The notes under the pieces: model-generated | Seen by the model: only the letters and a program-made list of their open reading frames with translations | Databases searched by the model: none | Told to the model about the DNA's origin: nothing | Translations under genes and position numbers: made by a program | Assembly: GCA_010093995.1 (NCBI GenBank) | Contig: ML992513.1 | Coordinates: 186,001 to 228,773 of the forward strand | Direction: 5' to 3' | Length of the DNA stretch: 42,773 nt | Source: Elsinoe ampelina | Lineage: Eukaryota | Part shown: one piece after another, positions 22,490-33,404 of the stretch | Layout of the letters: every line of letters begins with the position of its first letter | How positions within the stretch are numbered: position 1 is the first letter of the stretch

Positions 22490-22666
22490 CACGGTGTCAG
22501 GGGATCTGTGTAGCGTGTATAGATGCAAAAGCGAGCGTTGACTATCCGGATGATGCTGTGCATGCAGTGTCACACATAGGTTCATCAAAAATCGAGCAAA
22601 GTGACCATCACGTAAGGCATGGAGGAGATCACGACGGGCCAGGTAAACGATGATATACAAGGGTAT

Positions 22667-24916
22667 CTATCCACACGTCTGCGCCCCACCCTCATCTACC
22701 ACTGTCAGCATCACCCTCAACACTTTGTCACAATACACTCACTCCTAATCACCTTCGCCACCGCCAAAAGCACACTAATCCCCAACACCGTCGTCCCAAA
22801 CGCTATGCAAACAAACGCCGCATACTGCACCCGTCAGCAAATCCCCTCGCCTCATCCCCTCTCCTTCTCCAAAGTACTCACAGTCTCCCACGTCCGTCTC
22901 TTCGTCAACTTGACATAACACATGGGCGGCAGGATATACGCCAACGCACACGCGCTCGTCGCGCCCACCAACTCGAAAACAACCCCCAAGTCGCACGTGA
23001 ACAGCGAGAGGACCATGGCGCTGACCACGAGGGCGGTGCTGAAGACGAGGTGTCGATTGGGGTCGAAGGGTTCGTGGGGGAAGTAGTACAGCGTCATGAC
23101 TTCGCGGCAGACGAAAGCTTCGAGGGGGAGGGTGGTGAGCATGTTGAGGCCGAAGCAGCTGGTGGACAAGGTCAGCAGAGGGGTTCGAAGAGGGATGGGG
23201 GGGAAAGGGGGGCAGGTACAGTCTGGCTATGTTGACCATGATGTTTTGGGTGGGGAAGTTGTTGAGGATGTTGCCCTTTGTGGCGCTGCCGAAGTTGAGG
23301 TAGCCGGAGAGGGCCATGGCGAGGCAGGCTATGCAGGAGATGCTGGTGGACATGTGCGTGACTTTGGCGAAGCGGTCCATGGTTGGTTTGTGGAGGGAGC
23401 CGTAGATGAGGAGGCTGTTGTGGTCTGTGGATGTTAGGATAGGGCGGACCGGATGGGGTGGCATGACTGACGGCAAACAAATGCAAATGAAATGACCCCA
23501 ATCGCCTGGAAAATGCCGCTGTGAATCAAAATGCTCCCTTTTATCGGTCCCTTCATTTCTGCGGGTACACCTGGTCCCTGCGTGATTACCGTGATGATGA
23601 TGACCAGCATGCTGATGAGTGCGAGAGTACTGGCTTTTGCAAGCTGGTCGACGTCAGTTTAACTTTGCGGACCCTTTGCGGTCGATCATACCTTTGCAAT
23701 ATCTCTATATAATGAAAGAGGGTAGCTGATACCCAAGGTGAAAAGAACAATGATCGCTCGTCTGTCCATGAGCAGCCAAAGAAAATGGGTATCTTGAAGC
23801 TTTGGAAACAGTGCCGCAAACACATGAGGTATCGTGTCCCCTATGATGATACAGAATGCCACCATACCGCCGAAAGCACTACGAACGATTAGCTGGCTTC
23901 TGGAGGTTTCCGAACAGAACGTACAAAGCCCATTGCGCAACACTGATGGCTATCAGCCCACTCTTACCAAAGCAGTGCTGTACAGTCGCTTGAAAGGAAT
24001 TTGCGCCGCTCAATTTCGAATTTGTTACGATCAACCTGATCGTCCAGTCCACCGTGATGGTCAGACAAATCAGGAGAATCACACCGGTGACCAGACCTGC
24101 TTGTCGTAATGCGTACGGTTGTCCGATGATACCAGCGCCACTATAGCCAGTCAGCGATGGATCCTTGCATCTCTTCTCTCTTGCTAGTATGTCTGAGCCG
24201 TCCACCTTGTATTCAAGTCCTTGTCTGATGTGACCTTCATATGGTCCATGAAATGTGCCCGCGTTCTCAATCCATCCTCCCATGTTCAGAGGTACTCACA
24301 TGATCGAATTCGCCATGTTCATAAACGCGCTTTTAATCCCGCTCTTCGCCCTTCCTCCCCGCATCAGGTCCTCCAGCTCCAACTCCTCACTGGCGACCGT
24401 CACACTGGGCGCTTCTATCCCAGTGAGGAGTGGCGCTCTTGATGCCCTGTCTCCGCGACCTCTCCGACCCCTGCCAGCCCCATGTCCCTCGGCCAGATAG
24501 TCTTCCTCGTCCAACTCCAGCCAATCGTCGGAAGTCCTCGGCGATGCATGTCTCAGTCCTCCATTCGGCTGCCCGCTGTCTGCCGAGCTGCGAGGCGCAT
24601 CAGACGAAGATGGTCGTGGAGTAGCAGGGGATATGGCCTGGTTCTCCTCCGCAAAGTGTACGCGGTTACTGGTGCGGCGGGCGCCATCAGGGCGGAGCTG
24701 AGCAAAGGCAGAGTGTCGTCTGGTCGGCGGAGTGCGGGATAGATCAGGAGAAGATCGAGAGGAGCTCTGATTCGAATGGTGTGCTACCGGCCATGAGGGT
24801 TTGACATCGGCCGATGGAGATGCCGACATGGGACTGTCAGAAGTAGGGGAGTCGAAGAGCTCGGCTTCTGCTTCGGCGGAGGGGCCATTGATGGGCGAAT
24901 TGATGGAGCCGTTCAT
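22667..24916 (-). CDS. AVT2: Vacuolar amino-acid transporter (Aa_trans, Avt2/SLC38A11-like), 8 exons
   Basis: Introns 24141-24299, 23879-23924, 23644-23691, 23425-23471, 23159-23219, 22825-22881 and 22696-22742 give one continuous frame. It contains AFMNMANSIIGAGIIGQPYA, FAFVCHHNSLLIYGSL and NMLTTLPLEAFVCREV, and ends RNEGGAQTCG*. Confidence 0.88.
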
Positions 24917-26799
24917 GGAATGGGCCTAATGCGTCTTCGGAACATGTGCTGCATTGGTGGCTACAGATTCTGTGTTGTGATCGTGAAGATGGTTGACACG
25001 GGTGGTGGTGGAACTTTTTGTGGAGCTTCAACTTGGGAGGACGCGAGGCAGGGCAAAAGTCAGGGAACAGCTTTGAGCCTGATGACCCTGACATTGAGCC
25101 ACAGACAAAGGCTGTCCGACTTCAGGCATTTGGCTTCATTCATCGACAAGCTTCTCAGCTCCGAAAGTGTCAAGTAGCCTGATATTGACACGAAGCCTAC
25201 ATCTGTGGGTGTAAATCTCCCAATGGAAGCCGAACGCCTGCTCCGGTCGACGCGACGACAGACTGATTCTTAGCAAGACACTAAGAGGAGCTCGTTCCAT
25301 TCATCGTGTGATCGAATTGCGACTCACTTGCCTACAACAAAGGAAACATCGAGCCAACTCCGCATGAGCATCAAGGGCATGACCAAGATCGCATCAAACA
25401 AAGGTCCTTGATCCAGGACACTCGCATCACGGAGTTGACACCGCGGCATCCTCTACAGTCACAGTAATGGCTCGATCTGTCCATATTGCATCATCTGTAG
25501 GTCCTCGCACGGCACGTGAGCACGCTCAGCTACGATATGGGTAGATCGGTCTGCTGCGAGAGACCCAAGCCATCTCGCCGAAGATTGGCTATCAGAGGAC
25601 CCGTCGCCTCGGAGCCTAAGCATCGTCAGGTATGACGATTTCGGAAACGTGACCTCGCGGTCGACGAGAAATTGTGTCGAAGATCACTCTTGGAAGTCTG
25701 GAAGCAAGCATGGGGTTATCACTATACCACACGGAATACTCAAACATCATGATGGTGTGGCATGTTCTCATGACCAGTACTACGCGGCAACGTCAAGGGA
25801 TATGCATATGTGAACCCTTACCTCTCATACATCAGCCCGTTGGAAACAGACGACCGTTGATTTGCCTCGCGAGATCGCTCAACGACAAGGTGCAGAATCA
25901 CTTTCGAATCACCCTGACTATTCTTCTTGCCACCAATCCAGACATGCTCGGAATCCCCACGCCAGCAAAGTGTTTCATATGCTGTAGGCACGGTATACTA
26001 TCAAGACTAAGATCAAAGTCTGTCTGCTCGGAAATAGGTTCAACGTCCGGACCTTTCATTCCATACTACCAGCATCTTGGCCCACTGACTGGCGACCATG
26101 TCAAGCCAGGACTCCTTGCCGCTAATCGAGTGTCGAGACATTTCGCTCGGGAATCTGCCTTCCTGTTGATCAAAGAAACTGTCAAAGGGCTAGATATTCT
26201 GGAGTGAACGCAACCGTCGCTGTCTTGGACCCCTCACTTTCACACGGGACCTGCCACTTCTCGCACTTACACCTCAACGTCCAAGGATCAAGGATGTCAT
26301 TCGATAACCCAGGTCCGTCTTACGCCCGACGTTGACGTGTTTCGCAATCTTTACTTCCGACAACTCAGGCCTCGTCATTTGAGCCGCTTGTGTGTTGGCA
26401 ACGGTTCTAGAGACGTCAAGATGTGGTTGGTCGACAACGTTGCTGGAGACGACCGTTGGCACCAACCTCGCCCTCAGAGACTGACCGTTTATTCCAACCT
26501 CTTCGCCACTCACCATGCTAGGTGATATTATAGTACATATTCGCCATGAAGATCAACGTTGGTCTAGAGACCTCAAGACCAGATATCTCCAAGACATTCT
26601 TGAGAATCAGTGACTTTGTCCTTCGAGGCTAAGTACTAGTTTGCCACGTATATGCAGTACTTATAGCTCTCATTTCTTCCTCTTGACCACATTCGTTTAG
26701 CATCAAGCAGATTCAGAATTCTTTGACAGGACTGCAATAAACTCTTCAATACTTTCATATCATTTACCCCCACATACTACATTTATCACATCCGAAGCC

Positions 26800-27708
26800 A
26801 TGCGGTCCTTCATCCTCGCACCAGCCTTGGTCGCTCTAGCATTGGCATCACCTGTTCAGAAGCGAGATGATGTATCCCAAGACGCTGAACTCTCCGTCCA
26901 GGCATCTATCAAGGTTGCCGTAGGACCACCCGTTGCAAGGCCCGCGCAGTCTGAGGTCGACAACGACGACGCTGCTCCCGATTCGGTCATCGTTCCTGAC
27001 CTCGACATCGCCAACCTTACAAAATCAGTCGACTCGAGCTCGGCTTACGACGAGGAGGACGACGAGGACGAGCCCGCCGAAGATGGAGACATCGAGAAGC
27101 GTGCAGAGTCCAACAAAGCCAAATTCTACCGAACCGCCGCCCTAAAGCGTCACAACGTCCACCGTAAGAACCACGGTTCCGGACCCCTCACTTGGAGCGC
27201 GCCCCTCGCCGCCGCCGCCATGAAGTCAGCCAAACGCTGCACCTTCGCCCACTTCATGAGCGAGGACGGTCTCTCCTACGGCCAGAACCTCGCCCTCGGC
27301 TATGCCGCCCCCAACATCGCCGGAATCATCACCGACGGTTGGTACAGCGAGGTCAAGTACTACAAGGACAACTACGGCCAAGCCCAGCCCGACTACGGTG
27401 ACAACATGTCCAAGTTCAGCCAATGGGGACATTTCACGCAAGTCGTCTGGAAGGACTCCACCAAGGTTGGTTGCGCCACTTGGCGCTGCAAGTCCGTCAA
27501 GGATGGCGCTGGCAACCCCATGTCATCTGCCTACGGAGGCGATGTCACCTACTGCAACTACCAGGGTCCGGGCAACTATGGCGGCGAGTATGCCAACAAT
27601 GTCGGTCGTCCGACTAAGACGCAGAACATTGCGCCGACGGCGGGTGTGGACCAGAAGTCGATCGCCAAGGCATATTCGGCGAAGACTGGACAGAAGTGGA
27701 CTGTGTAA
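26800..27708 (+). CDS. Secreted CAP/SCP (PR-1/Pry-like) protein (302 aa)
   Basis: Signal peptide and an acidic pro-region flanked by two KR sites, followed by CAP motifs HNVHRKNH, YGQNLA, GHFTQVVWK, VGCA and YCNYQGPGN. Confidence 0.95.
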   Translation: MRSFILAPALVALALASPVQKRDDVSQDAELSVQASIKVAVGPPVARPAQSEVDNDDAAPDSVIVPDLDIANLTKSVDSSSAYDEEDDEDEPAEDGDIEKRAESNKAKFYRTAALKRHNVHRKNHGSGPLTWSAPLAAAAMKSAKRCTFAHFMSEDGLSYGQNLALGYAAPNIAGIITDGWYSEVKYYKDNYGQAQPDYGDNMSKFSQWGHFTQVVWKDSTKVGCATWRCKSVKDGAGNPMSSAYGGDVTYCNYQGPGNYGGEYANNVGRPTKTQNIAPTAGVDQKSIAKAYSAKTGQKWTV

Positions 27709-27868
27709 GAGCATGGACGAGGAGATAATGAAAGACGGAAGAATTGGGGACGATTATGGGAACCATGCCTTCACTATACTGTATTATTAGATGACCAAAT
27801 AATTGTACATTTCTACATCATGTTCTTCCATCTCCATTGTTGCACATCGTCGTATCATTACTCTTTTC

Positions 27869-29380
27869 TCAGAGTCTCGCTGGTAACATGCTCTCGATCC
27901 ACGATCCAAGCTCAGATCTATGATCATGCTGAAGTCCCTTCCCGCTCGCTTCTTCCCACATGCTGAGCATCCGACCCCAGTCTTGGATCTCATGAATCTT
28001 GTGCTTCGATGATTCGTCTTTTAGATCCAGGGCGAAACCTTCGGCGTCCTCGCGATGCTTGATGTGTAAGTTCTCCACGCAACCTCCTTTGGCCTCCATG
28101 GTAAGAAGAGGTAGTCTGGTATTGGCTGACCGAACAGACTCGTTGCTGATTTTGAATCTCGGGGTCTGACAATACGTCCAATCGAGTGACTAAATCTGTT
28201 AGCATCTTACACCCACCTCTCGCCTTCATGACTTTACCTTCAACTCCTCCCACCCCTTCCTCAGCCCTTGATCCTCAAGCCACTCCTCCCCAACCTCCTT
28301 CGTCTCCACCTGACCATACAGCTTGCCGAATTCCCCGCCTACCTCCCTCATAAACTGCTTATTCCCAATCCCTACGTTCGCCACCGGGCTGCTCACACTC
28401 TCCACCCCCTTACTCTCGATCAACCCCTTCCCCGGCGCAGTCAGTACCTCCTTGATCCTCCCCAAATTCCCACTCCCCAGCAACGCAGTCCCATGATGCA
28501 ATGCCCTCCCCCTGGTAAGCTTATACGCACTCCCACCAACCTTCCTCGTCTCCCCACCCATCCAAGGCGTAGAATGCGTGTCGTCTCGCTCCCTCCATCG
28601 CCGTTCCTCCACCCCTTGCTTTCCCCGTTGATCCTCTCCACTCATCCATCCAGTCTTCCGCTCGCCAAGATCAACCACAATATCATGCCTCTCATTCACC
28701 CTCGCCCTCTCGACGCCCACCCTCCTCAACGCCCTCACCACCATCTCAGCATGCTTGTCCCTCGTGAATTTCGCAGAAGGGGAAATGACAGTCCAATTCA
28801 CGTTCCCGAAATCATGAAACACCGTTCCCCCTCCCGAACGTCTCCGTACGAGATCTAAACCGATCCTTTCCCCTCTGCCAACCCCTTCCTCACTCCCCCC
28901 TTCTTGGCCCCCTCCCCCCTCCCCTCCCCCACACTCCCTGTCAGGGCCCCTCGCCCTCTCCCTCTCCCCCTCCCTCTCCCTGCCTCTACCCCTCCCATCC
29001 CCATCCCCGTCCCCGATCGCCCCCTCCGCTCTAAAGTCCTTGAGTAAAGCCAAATTCACCTCCGTCCAAGGATTCTGGTTCCGCCCCACGACGACGCAAG
29101 GGCGGTTGACGTACAGAAACAAGACCGCGCTCTCGGGCGCTGTTTTCTGTAACAAGTGGTGCTCGATGGAAAGGTTCAGGTAGGGGTCTGAGGAGCGGGA
29201 GATGTAGGATTGGACTGGCCTGTCGAGTAGGGAGTGGGAGAGGGGGGCGAAGCAGAGGGGGGGGGAGGAGGCGGGAGAGAAGCGGGAGTGGGAAGTTCTG
29301 TACCGCTTTATCTGATGGGAGAGGGAGAAGACTGGGGGGAGAGAGGGTAGGCGGCGGGCGGGTGGAGTTAGTATGAGCAT
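27869..29380 (-). CDS. AIM22: Mitochondrial lipoate-protein ligase A-like (Aim22/Lip3); exons 29380-28238, 28189-27869
   Basis: DPYLNLSIEH, VVVGRNQNPW, LVRRRSGGGTVFHDFGNVN, KVGGSAYK, HHGTAL and KGVESVSSPV motifs. Intron 28190-28237 joins WEELK|SLDWTYCQTPRF. The N-terminus is an Arg/Ser-rich presequence. Confidence 0.88.
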
Positions 29381-29794
29381 GGGATGTCGTTGTCGGAGGG
29401 AGATTGGTGGCGGAAGGAGAGGAATTGTCCAGTGGTCTTGGCGTTGTCGACGAGATGACCGTGTATGGTTTTACGGCGTGATTTAAAACGTGATGGATGA
29501 AGAGGATGCCTAAGTGAGGATGCAAAGGGGTCAAGATACACGCTCATAAAAGGATGGTCCAAATTATGCAATTCAAAACGATACGCTATATAAGTTCGCC
29601 GCAAAAAGCACACGGTCTCTGAATCTATGCACTTGAAAGTGTGGTATCATGCCAGACGTCCGACGAAGACGCCAGAAAAGACTTTTTCTCTTTCCTCCCC
29701 CGACTGCTACTCAGGTGGTTGTGGTATACGACATGGTAGAGGGAGAGTTGACGATGGGCGCCCCATTGATGGATGGAAGTCCTCCGGCTCTCTC

Positions 29795-30918
29795 CTAGTA
29801 GCCGTTCATGGTCATGCGCTGGCTCTGCCTGCTGAGCTCACGGTCCGCACTTGGGCTGATGGGTCGCGAGCCGTGTCCTGCAGCGCTGCTCTCCTTCAGG
29901 GCGAGAAGCTGCTTGGCGCGGAAGCTCTCGTAGTGAATTTGGCTCGTGGTCTCGATGAGATCCTGAAGATGGGTGCGGATGAGGAAGTCGCGGAGGTAGA
30001 TGAATTCGCAGTGGTTCTCATCCTCAACGTTAATCACTCCCCAGCGGTTCTGGCGCCCACGGACCGCACGGCCGTTAACCGTGATGGTCTTTTCGCTGCC
30101 GACAACAGCAAAGGGTACTGTGGACTGTCTTGCGTTAGCAACAGCATGTAGCGAAGTCACAGTTTGGACCAACCTTGATCTGCTGGTTGAGCTCATTCTC
30201 CTCTCTGTCATACTCATCGCTGTCGTATGGGAACATCCTGATGTTGTGGAAAGCGAACTCGTCCCTGATGCGGTCCTTGAAGGCCTGACGCTCGTCGAGT
30301 GTGAGACTATCTGACTTGGCAATAATGGGCACCACGTTGACGATCTCGCAGAGCTTCTTCAGCACCACAATGTCAATGGGCTTGAGAGCGTGGCCAGTGG
30401 GATCGATGAAGTACAGACAACAGTGGATGCGAGTATCTTGGATATATCGCTCTCTTTGTGCTGTGAGTTCCTTGCGGAGATATGCGGAATGCTGGTCCTT
30501 GATGTACTTGACAATCGGATCCCAGCAGCGATCGTTGTTCACGAGATCGCCAAAGCCGGGTGTATCGACGATGTTTAAACGCAGCTTGACTCCATTCTCT
30601 TCAATGACATGCGACACGGGGTGGATCTCGGTTGTGCTGCGAATGGTCTCGGCAGGGTTCATGCGACCTTTCGAGTCGACCAGGTGAGAAGCGAAGATGG
30701 TATTGATCAGGGTCGACTTTCCAAGACCTGTCTGTCCTTTTGGAGGAGTCAGCGCGGCGCAATTGTGCGATAATCGAGGCCTACGTACCAACGCAAATAA
30801 CATTGAACTGGAATCCGCGCTTCAGGAGCTTCTTCTCGATTTGGGTTGTGATCGTGTCGAATCCGACATGGCTCTTGGGGATAACGGATTGACCCTGCTG
30901 GGCGTACGCTGTGGCCAT
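29795..30918 (-). CDS. CDC10: Septin Cdc10/AspD; exons 30918-30789, 30736-30174, 30124-29795
   Basis: HVGFDTITTQIEKKLLKRGFQFNVICVGQTGLGKST, DTPGFGD, AKSDSLT and RGRQNRWG motifs. There is no C-terminal coiled coil, which is typical of Cdc10. Confidence 0.95.
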
Positions 30919-31227
30919 GGTGACTTGTACTGATGCGGAAGTGAGGGATCGTGAAGGAATGGACTTCGACTTTGGAGTATCGAGATGTTAAGCCAATGGC
31001 TTCGCCGGCGAGATATATGCTGTAATGAAGCTGCAGCTGTGAGAGACAGAGCAAGGTACGAGCGCCGCCAGGGGTCTAACTCTACGGAAACCACGACCGG
31101 AGGTGGCCCGTGCATATACTCCGCGATTCATGCAGATCTCTAAATTTCATGCTCTGGGAGAGCTTCACCAATTGAACATCCAGATCAGCCTGACCCGAAT
31201 AGCCTTGATACGGCACAATCATCCACC

Positions 31228-31755
31228 ATGTCTCTACGTATAGCATCATCCTCACCACTACTACGGTTGGCCCAGCATGGACTACACAGATCGCAAATCG
31301 GACCTTCGATAATACAAAGATGTTCAGAAACACTACTCCGACCTTTCGCTATTACTCTACCCTGGTCATTGTCGGATATCTGGGAGTCGGTACTCCGAGC
31401 AGTGCCGAAGAAGAAGACGACACATAGTAAGAAGCGAAGCAGGCAAATGGCAGGAAAGGCGCTGCAAGACGTCACAGCTCTGAACACTTGCTCGGGATGT
31501 GGTAGAGCAAAGAGGGCGCACACACTATGCGTGTACTGTGTTTTTGGTTGGTCTCCTGGGATGTGATGGAAGGAGAGCTTACTGATGCGTACAGATGTGA
31601 GGAAGGTCTGGAAGCATGACTTGTCGGAAGCAAAGGCTGCCCGGCGGGCGAAGGAGGCAGCGAGGCAGGAGAAGAAAGCAGCGAACAAGGAAGCTAAGCA
31701 ATCAGAGACAACGGGAACCGGAGAGCCAACCGGCCAGTCAACTGGAGAGTCATGA
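31228..31755 (+). CDS. MRPL32: Mitochondrial ribosomal protein bL32m; exons 31228-31546, 31595-31755
   Basis: A presequence is followed by AVPKKKTTHSKKRSR and the zinc motif CSGC...HTLCVYC. Intron 31547-31594. Confidence 0.9.
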
Positions 31756-32131
31756 TAATTCACAGTCTCAGTTCTGTATATAGGAGTCACGGGTATTTAA
31801 GAGCATCGCGAAGGCGTCGGCAGGGGAAGGCACTACCATTCAGCCATGGAATCAGACAGCGCAGATGCGCCGGCCTCATTGTCCGCGAGATGGGCAACAT
31901 GTGTAGATCGAAATCTATGTATATTACGATCTTGACCATAATCTCCATTTCTTCTCTCAATCACGTGCCAAAATACCTGGGCTGAATAGGTACACATGGG
32001 CAATGACGTGAATGGTGGTTGAAGCGGGACGAGATTTGCCTCCATCATCACCACTATTGAATTCTTTACATGCGACACCAATCTTTACATTCAGAATTTG
32101 ATTCATATTGGTCACAAGAGTTCTCCTCATC

Positions 32132-33305
32132 ATGGTAAGTCCAGTGCCTTCGTGCTTGAATTCAACACCCGACTAAGCATTCGCAGTCTAAACAATACCT
32201 TCAAACACACACCATCGTAGATGCACATCCGGCAGATATCTTCTCGATAGCGGTCACGTCAAAGCAGCTCCTGTCCGCATCCGGATCCTCAGACATACAA
32301 GTATACAACCTCACATTCTCGCCGGATGAGCCGAATCCGTATCCGCACACACAAACTCTGAAGGGTGCTCACAAAATCGGCATCCACCACATCTGCGTCA
32401 GTGCGAACGGTAAGGTAGCAGCAAGTGCGGGCTTTGGCGGGGAGGTCAATGTCTGGTCAAGCGACGAGGACGGGGCATGGAGTTTACTTGGAGACATCAC
32501 AGGTCTGTGGCTGCACTTTCGCCGTCTTGGTGCTGTGATTGATTTGCCACAGATGATGTGAAAACTGGCGAATTATGGGCCATTGCACTCAGTGAAGACG
32601 GCAGATACCTTGCAGGTACGACATATGATGGCAGGGTCAATGTCTGGGACACGACGACCATTGGTCAAGGCGACAAGAATGGAGCAGGCAAGATTCGTCA
32701 GTATGAGACCAAGGGCAGCTTTGGCATGAGCGTCGATCTTGTAAGCTCCCATACGAAATCTTGCTCTCGTCACTGATCTAATCGCAGTCGTCGGACGGTA
32801 ACTTTACAGCATCTGGACACGCCAATGGCTCGGTCCACCTCTTCAACAACACGACAGGCAAGCTCGCACATTCATTGCAAGGTCTGGTCAAGCCAGTCCG
32901 CGCAGTCTCATTCTCCCCGGCGTGCAAGTACCTGGCCGCTGGAGGAGATGCAAAGATCATTGCACTTTACGATGTGCAGACTGGAGAGCAAATCGCCAAC
33001 TTCTCAGGTAGTGGAGCATGGATCATGAGCCTAGACTGGAACTGGAGTGGAGAGTATCTTCTCAGCGGGTAAGATCAGTCCATGAAGCCGCGAAGACGGC
33101 TGCTAATAGTCCAAGTGCATACGATGGCAAGGCCAAAGTCTGGAGCATGGACAGAAGGGAGTGCGTGGCTACACAGACCGAGTCGGAGAAGTCGTTGTGG
33201 TCCGTCAAATGGGTGCCGAGGAACCCTGCTCTGAAGAACGAAACATTTGCGACTGCAGGGGCGAACAAGAGCATCAGCTTCTATCGCGAGGCGAGCGGGA
33301 CATGA
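32132..33305 (+). CDS. SKI8: WD40 protein Ski8/Rec14; exons 32132-32134, 32187-32502, 32553-32740, 32788-33068, 33116-33305
   Basis: Spliced N-terminus MSKQYLQTHTIVDAHPADIFSIAVT, WD repeats, YETKGSFGMSVD and C-terminal FATAGANKSISFYREASG. Four canonical introns. Confidence 0.92.
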
Positions 33306-33362
33306 GTGGTTGAAGGACGTGTTTGCGAGCAGCAAGGATACAACCAATCAGGCCGGCGCATA

Positions 33363-33404
33363 ACGTCTGCCCCGGGGATCTGGCCATCCCCTAGAACTGG
33401 CCAC
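33363..33404 (+). repeat. Left terminal inverted repeat (42 bp)
   Basis: acgtctgccccggggatctggccatcccctagaactggccac is the exact reverse complement of 36052-36093. Confidence 0.98.

Noticed and set aside
25674..26207. 177-aa ORF in the long intergenic region
   Set aside because: GTG start, no codon bias like neighbouring genes and no recognisable motif. The region is more plausibly regulatory, although a young gene cannot be excluded without RNA data.
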